Shown here: positions 54,715 through 64,000 of the stretch, piece after piece
Layout of the letters: every line of letters starts with the position of its first letter
How positions within the stretch are numbered: position 1 is the first letter of the stretch
Origin: Chrysomallon squamiferum
Taxonomy: Eukaryota; Animalia; Mollusca
Assembly (NCBI GenBank): GCA_012295275.1
Contig: CM022666.1
Span: 9,486,001-9,550,000 of the forward strand
Reading direction: 5' to 3'
DNA length: 64,000 nucleotides
Notes under the pieces: model-generated
What the model saw: only the letters and a program-made list of their open reading frames with translations
The model's database searches: none
What the model was told of the DNA's origin: nothing
Translations under genes and position numbers: made by a program

Positions 54715-54868
54715 CAACAAGACATGGCGGTCAAACGGATGGATATACGAGTCGAGTAAGAGTCACCTGTTTCCGCTCAACTTCCGGTGAAGTTAAGATG
54801 GCGCTGTTTCAAGCTTTTTACTCACTCGTAATTTAAATCTGACAGGTCAGATTGTTAACGTAAGTAAG
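54715..54868 (+). promoter_or_regulatory. CpG-rich promoter-like segment with YY1 (ACATGGCGG, AAGATGGCG) and ETS (ACTTCCGG) motifs followed by a GTAAGT donor
   Basis: Motifs at ~54722, ~54780 and ~54795; donor-like GTAAGTAAGT at ~54860. Target gene not determined. Confidence 0.45.
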
Positions 54869-55067
54869 TCAGTCGAGTCTGAAGAATACAGAAGTTTTTA
54901 CTTATAATTAGATTTCTTTGCGATTATGACACAACACAGTACAACGTGACGGAAGTTAACGGAATGCTCGTTTGAGATACTGTACGTATCAGCTTCGAGT
55001 CCGCGTGGCAAACAACACAAAAATATAAAATGTACTATTTGTTTCTATATTGTTGTTGTTGTTATTA

Positions 55068-55121
<54 letters not shown>

Positions 55122-55719
55122 CATGTATGTACACACACATACACATACAAACACACACACACCATCACACAATTTCTCTTAAATGTTTTCCATTCTATGT
55201 TTGTTTATTCATTCATTTATTTAATTTATTTATCAGCATATCACTTAAATTTGCAAAATGGAAAATTAAAAGAAAGAAAAATGAAACATACAAGTTATTT
55301 TGTTAATTTATTTTAGTCTATCTTTATAGCTACATATGTGTTTGATTGTTTGTATATCTCGCTGTTCACAATACACACTTGTCATGTATAGTTACATACA
55401 TATATACACACAGACATACATATATACTCACAGACACACATATATACATACATACATACATACATAAATACATATATACACACATACATATACACATACA
55501 TACATACATACATAAAACGAAGACAGATTATACAGAACTACTTTACTGATAACAAGTTAATGAACAAATGGACGGACAAAAAGTTCCTTTGCATTACTAG
55601 AAAACGAAAATCACAACAGTTATTTCATGTATCGAAACGGCTGATTGTGGATATAGTTTGTAACGTCTGCTCCCGCTCGATGTATCAGGCATGCGCGTTA
55701 CGTTTAATTGTATTTCCCT

Positions 55720-58009
<2,290 letters not shown>

Positions 58010-58458
58010 TGACTTTGGCTGAGACGTGGGTGCATCTTCAGTTCATTTATAGTCTATATTTTAATTTGCATACGGAAACTGGACTCAGCTTGATGAGATA
58101 TCTAGAAAAAAAACTCAAACGTTCTCAAGGTCAAACTGTTGACAACTGTATATATATATATATATATATAAAAATATACACATAAATATACACATACACA
58201 CACACATTCATACATACATACATACACACACATACACGCATACCTATATATACATATGCATACATACATCCACATATTTAAATATATACAAACACACATA
58301 CATATATATATACAAACACATACACACATACAACCATACACACATGCAGACACACACACATACATACATATACATATATATACACACATACATACATATA
58401 CACACATACGTACATACACATACACATGCAGACATACATACTTACATACATGTGTGTA

Positions 58459-58514
<56 letters not shown>

Positions 58515-59498
58515 TACAAATACGATTTATTTATCATACTGTCGATATACATATATACACACACTCACTCACGTACATATATACATACACGCGTATATAC
58601 ACACACATACATACAAATAGAAAGATAGACACACGCAGATATATATACATATATATACACACACACAAATACACACAGCAATATACTCACACATGCACAT
58701 TCTTATATACTGTATTTATTTCAAAGTGACTATATTTGTTTCATATTAGTATAACAATGGCTGCACAAACAAATATTTAAAAATAAATTTGTAAACTTTT
58801 TGTAGCATGTTTTATTTCTTCACGAAGTGTATTTAGTGTAAATATATAACACTAATCTAATTATAATTATTTTGTATAATTCCAAGCTACTGTTTTATTT
58901 ATTTCTTCTTAAAGAGTATGTCTGTGTATTATTATTACTATTATTTCAAAAATTCCATAAGAGTTATGCAGAAATCAATTATAACTAAACGTATAGTCAA
59001 GTAATTTCTGTAAACTCTTAAACTGACTGAATTTTTCTCGTTAAAATGGCGAGAAGCGTGGTTAGTCCTACGTTTCTAATTTGTATACTTTCAGTAGCAC
59101 CGGCAAGAGCCGGCTTTAACCAGAACAAAGGTGTCCTTCCAACACGCATTCGTGTCATGACATACGTATAGTTAAGTAGATACGGTAAAACGAGTAAAGA
59201 TACATTTTGCTGAACTAACTTTTTCAGGTTTTGAAATATATTTGAGTTAGTGCGATGTGATATATTTTGTGTACGCGTGAAGATTTTTTAAAGAATGCTA
59301 TTATTATTATTACTATTATTATTATTATTATTGTTATTATTGTTGTTGTTGTTGTTTTTCTTCTTCTTCTTGTTTAATTTATATATTTATTTATACTTAT
59401 TGTATATCATTATATTTATCATAACGTTAAAGAAATTGTATTCATTTAATTATTTTTTATTAATTATAATTATTAGATTCCAGAAGAAAAAACAGACA

Positions 59499-59546
<48 letters not shown>

Positions 59547-59739
59547 TTAAAGAAAAAGCAAAAAAAGCAAAACAAAAAAAACAAAAAAAAGCAAAACAAA
59601 GACAACGCCTTAATTTAAATTATCTCCCTTAAAAGCACTCTTTAAGAAATATGAATTAAAATCGTCTTTATTTCCTTAGTGGAGAAAGTAAACAGAAAAC
59701 TAATATAAATAGAAATTACGTTCAGAAAAGAATGTCAAA

Positions 59740-62451
59740 ATGATTCAGGAAACTGTTAATTCTATGGAATTATCACTGCCATTAAATTTTCTACGAAGCT
59801 ATATCGCTTCTGTAGACCAGCGAGTTGGTGATGATATTGAAATCGACGAAACTTGGCAAATACATTTCAAAAGTAACTCCGAGTCCAACGGCAATGCCAC
59901 CACAAGTACAGGAGTTTTGAAAACATTTCCAAAAGACCTGGGCAGAGATGAAATATATATATTATTTGTGTTTGGTGAAATTAAACTTGGTATTATAAAT
60001 AAGAAAGTATCTTGTAAAATAACAAATATTGTAAAGATAAACAATGTGAAAGTGGAACCATCATTACCGTACGGTCAGAATTCAGTTTTAAAACTGACAG
60101 ATACAAATCTGAACACAGAAACAAACGCATTAAGTAGTAATGTCAGTGACAACGTGTCACCTATTTCTTTAGTGAAAAGAAGGCGAGGAAGACCTAGAAA
60201 AGAGGAACAAACTGAGACTAAGATTAAAGTATCTGCTTGCACTGATAATATATCAGATGGTTATAACCTGCGGAAAGTAAGATATAAGTTACCACCATCA
60301 ATTGTTCAACTTGAGACAGGAAGTGATAAAAATGATTTTGTTGATGCCATTGACACAGTTAAAATTGAAACTGACAAACATCAACAATTATCAACTGAAT
60401 TTCAGATTGGTGAATTAAGTAATATTTCAGGATTGGAACCTATAGTATCACAGTTTAATATTGAAAGTACAAACTATCCGGAAGGTGGTGAGGAAAATGT
60501 CCAAGTTGCCAGTCAAAAATCTGAAACAAAATCTTTACTAAACTTTAAAAACAAACAGAATTTAAAAGTGTTTGAGAAAAGAAAAACTGAAAGGAAACTA
60601 GAAAATCATCCAGCTCTAAAGCACATCACTCCAACTGCTCGGAAGAAACGAACGCTGACACGAACTGCTGAATGTAAATACTGTAAACGATTGTTCTGCG
60701 ACTACACTGGTGTAGATTTCCATGTTAAAAAATATCACCAGCATGAAGATGACATTCAGGAATATCTGCTAGAATTAAAACCTCTCAAACAAATGATATG
60801 CAGTAGTTGTAATGAAGTTCTCACTGACAGACTAGCACACAATGTCCACTTCAGTAATGTTCATGGAAAATCAGATACTGCAGTCTGCACATGTGCATCA
60901 TGTGGAAAATCATTTAAAAATGTTTTTCGTCTTAAAATTCATGTTCGGCAGATTCATGAAAATAAAAAGACCTATCATTTGTGTCATCTTTGCCCATCAA
61001 AATTTCTCAATGCAGCTACTTTAAAACAGCACATTGAAGAGATACATGATCAAATTAGAAATGTTTCCTGTGAAATCTGTAACAAAATGTTTTACCGAGC
61101 TTCACAACTGAACCGTCACAAGAGAATTCACCAAGAAGACGAGGAAAAGTTTGTCTGCCAGGAATGTGGTCGTAAATTCCGATTTCGTCACAATCTTCAA
61201 CGTCATGCAGACGTTATGCACAGACAGAAATCAACGCAAGAAAGTTTTCACTGCTCTTACTGCGGTCATGGTTTCAGACAAAAATCATCAATGGTAGCTC
61301 ATGTCCGACTCACTCATTTCAGCATGCACACCTTTCTGTGTGACATTTGTAAAACATCATTTCAGCGTAGCAGACTTTTGACACAACACATGGCATCAGT
61401 TCATGGTGTCCACGATTTCCAAGTGAACAGATCAAGACGACTGAGCTACAAATATCACAGATCCCCTGAAGACTTGTATTACTGTCAGTTCTGCAGCAGC
61501 AGCTTCTACTACAAGGCAAAACTTGTGGAGCACATGCATTCTGTACATGCCAATGCATTTCCACATGTCTGTAAAGAATGCAACCAAGGATTCCTTGAAA
61601 AATCATTTCTGACAAATCACATCTCTAAAGCTCACAGCATGGATGTAGAAGAACTGCAGGATGAAAATGCAGATAGCAAGTCAACCGAAGATGTGATGAG
61701 ACTCAAACAGCTACTCAAGTTAAATGAGAACACAGAACATCAACAGATGTCTGGTATGTCTTGTCCAGGAAAGAAGGAAACAAAAGGTAAAACATCAGTG
61801 ATCGTTGAAGTAGCCAACAGCTCAAGAACAGTTCAGTATGTGATTGAAGGATCAGATGAAGTAGAGAGTGAACAGGCTGCACATTGCATGGTACAGGACA
61901 TTACAAATCTGCTTCTTGCTGCTGAACACTCACTTCAGGATCTGACATCAGGTGAGCAGGGCCAATCAGTTCAGGACTTACAAATAGGTGAGCAGGACTT
62001 GTTAGTTCAGGACCTGGCACAAGCTGAGCAGGACCCGTCATTTTCAGACTTAAGATCAGCTGACCAAGAAAAATCACTACAACTGTTGACATTACCTGAA
62101 CACAAACTTGAAGTCCTGTCACATGACAAGAAGCAGTCAGTTGAGGTGTTAACATCAAGTGAGCAGGAAATGATTCACCAGGATCTCTCACCAGGGGAGC
62201 AGGATCAGAATTACCCAGTTTTTATATCAACTGAGAAAAAAAAGACACTGGGCAGCACGTTGTGTGAGCAGGATTACAGAAAACACATTGTCAGATCCTG
62301 TAAGTTCAGTCACAGAGACCAGAATGTGATATCCTCTGAGCAGGATCAGGATAACAGTGATCAATCACCTGATGTGGTATCTGAAGAGATTGTAATAGCA
62401 AGTTCAGTGGTGGAAGTTGAAACTGTAAATAACAACCACTGTAAATTATGA
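59740..62451 (+). CDS. AT-hook + C2H2 zinc-finger transcription factor, 903 aa, single coding exon
   Basis: Uninterrupted 2.7 kb ORF. KRRRGRPRK AT-hook at ~60175-60200. Ten CxxC-x12-H-x3-4-H fingers at ~60670-61635. Acidic C-terminal 13-aa QDLxxGEQ repeats. A possible 5' non-coding exon/promoter lies at ~59040-59185 (AAAATGGCG). Confidence 0.93.
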   Translation: MIQETVNSMELSLPLNFLRSYIASVDQRVGDDIEIDETWQIHFKSNSESNGNATTSTGVLKTFPKDLGRDEIYILFVFGEIKLGIINKKVSCKITNIVKINNVKVEPSLPYGQNSVLKLTDTNLNTETNALSSNVSDNVSPISLVKRRRGRPRKEEQTETKIKVSACTDNISDGYNLRKVRYKLPPSIVQLETGSDKNDFVDAIDTVKIETDKHQQLSTEFQIGELSNISGLEPIVSQFNIESTNYPEGGEENVQVASQKSETKSLLNFKNKQNLKVFEKRKTERKLENHPALKHITPTARKKRTLTRTAECKYCKRLFCDYTGVDFHVKKYHQHEDDIQEYLLELKPLKQMICSSCNEVLTDRLAHNVHFSNVHGKSDTAVCTCASCGKSFKNVFRLKIHVRQIHENKKTYHLCHLCPSKFLNAATLKQHIEEIHDQIRNVSCEICNKMFYRASQLNRHKRIHQEDEEKFVCQECGRKFRFRHNLQRHADVMHRQKSTQESFHCSYCGHGFRQKSSMVAHVRLTHFSMHTFLCDICKTSFQRSRLLTQHMASVHGVHDFQVNRSRRLSYKYHRSPEDLYYCQFCSSSFYYKAKLVEHMHSVHANAFPHVCKECNQGFLEKSFLTNHISKAHSMDVEELQDENADSKSTEDVMRLKQLLKLNENTEHQQMSGMSCPGKKETKGKTSVIVEVANSSRTVQYVIEGSDEVESEQAAHCMVQDITNLLLAAEHSLQDLTSGEQGQSVQDLQIGEQDLLVQDLAQAEQDPSFSDLRSADQEKSLQLLTLPEHKLEVLSHDKKQSVEVLTSSEQEMIHQDLSPGEQDQNYPVFISTEKKKTLGSTLCEQDYRKHIVRSCKFSHRDQNVISSEQDQDNSDQSPDVVSEEIVIASSVVEVETVNNNHCKL

Positions 62452-63343
62452 ACATTGTAAAGCTTTCTGTGAATTAGTTTCCTACAGAATTTTTTGTTAA
62501 ACTTTCTTTGTTCTTCAGTTGTACATGGTAGACACAGTGATGTACTAATGTGATCAGTTTGAATAATGCAATCTTTGAAAGGAAGACTCAAAAACAAACC
62601 ACGCTCATTGTTCTTTTTTCTTTTCAATAATCATAATAATGATGATGATGATAATTAATAGTATTAAACTGTTTTCTTACATTGTCTAAATATATAAATG
62701 TTGTTATTTGTTAATTTTTTTGTTTAGTTTGTTTTTAGTGTTAGTTTTTTTTTTTTTTTTTTTTTTTGAACAAGGCACCATCTTATGAAGAATATAATTA
62801 GATTTACAACAATCTCCTGTTTATATCTCATATTAATTTTCTGTGTTCAAGACAGTTATTTATTACAACTTTACACACACATATACACAAATACAAAAAA
62901 ATAAAAGTTAGTATAATTGTTGTCAAGACTTTAATTAATTACACCTACATGTATTTAGAAACTGCTGCTGATGTTAAACTGCAAATCTTGATGCTGGTAT
63001 CCATTAATTAATTACTTTATAAACTGTTTTTTGTTTTTTTTATATATATATATTTTTTTTTTATTAATTTAATTTAGTTAGTTATTAATTTAAGTCTAGT
63101 TTGGACAGTTTTAACTTGACCCTAACATATTAATATTTTAATGTTCTTTGTTTAAACTAAAAGTGACCAGAGTTTATCAAAGCATTTTTAAAGGGTGTGT
63201 ATATTGATGATGTGTAGGTGAATGTTGTTATGAGCAAGTTCAAAACTGAGTGATGTGAAAGAAATTCATTTCTATTAAATAAATGATGTCTCTGTGTAGT
63301 GCACTTTTTAAAATCTATTATTGTTTTGTATATCTATATTTTA

Positions 63344-63386
<43 letters not shown>

Positions 63387-64000
63387 TGTATGTATTTATT
63401 TATTGTTATATTAAAATTTTTACTAAAGAAGGCATAGCACCCACGCAAATGTACGTTTCTTGGTTCCGGAAACTAACGAACATTTAGAGTAGACAAACGA
63501 AATATCATAAAGTAGTCTTGCTTTCATTTTTACATTTGCGACAATTTGCTTTGCTCCAAATATTATTTATAATTTATCAGCGATACTATTTATACTTATG
63601 AGATAGCATTTTTACTTTAGTTCGTAATAATATTGTGATATATGAATAATATGATAAACAGGTTTGGCTTGTGAAATAGACAGGTAACTAAAGTTTCCTC
63701 GTATTAATATTATTGTTTGATGCGTAACGTTGAAGAAAACCGATGAGAAAACTTGGGATGCACGTGTATTTTACGACAATGGACACGTAAACTATAAACA
63801 AAACGTATTGGCTAGACGAGTAATTGCAAATAAAGGTGACAGCTAAATGTCAGATTCTTACCCAACATATTTATTTATGTTGATAAAAATTGAAGAATGT
63901 TTTCGGCAAAACATTACACGATACTGACTGTATTTTGTAACACGATCATTAACGCTAAAACCATCTCTGGTGTGTTTAGTTCGCTGGTGGCACAGACAGA

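Overview
AT-rich, microsatellite-dense animal genomic DNA with spliceosomal introns. It is probably molluscan or lophotrochozoan, judged from degenerate Meta/MESC-type SINE remnants; the species cannot be determined. Most of the supplied ORF track is simple-repeat noise, so the genes were rebuilt by hand from splice sites and phase continuity. Left to right: (1) the 5' part of an intron-rich DUF885-family gene (- strand, runs off the left edge); (2) a complete 15-exon RADX (CXorf57)-like OB-fold ssDNA-binding gene (+, ~712 aa); (3) a small secreted cystine-knot gene resembling glycoprotein hormone GPA2/bursicon with a rewired cysteine pattern (-, 140 aa); (4) an LDL-receptor-family gene with three YWTD-propeller/EGF modules, an S/T stalk, a TM helix and an NPxY tail but no LDL-A repeats (-, ~1100 codons, first exon not found); (5) an SLC16/monocarboxylate-transporter pseudogene (-); (6) a single-ORF AT-hook plus 10x C2H2 zinc-finger gene (+, 903 aa). 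Also present are two pogo/Tigger MITEs, a deleted Mutator element, SINE remnants, many minisatellites and two GC-AG introns. The most interesting lead is the divergent cystine-knot ligand. It carries a P-N-x-V loop motif like those that dock on YWTD propellers, and it lies directly downstream of the YWTD-only receptor. The ligand-receptor link is a hypothesis only.
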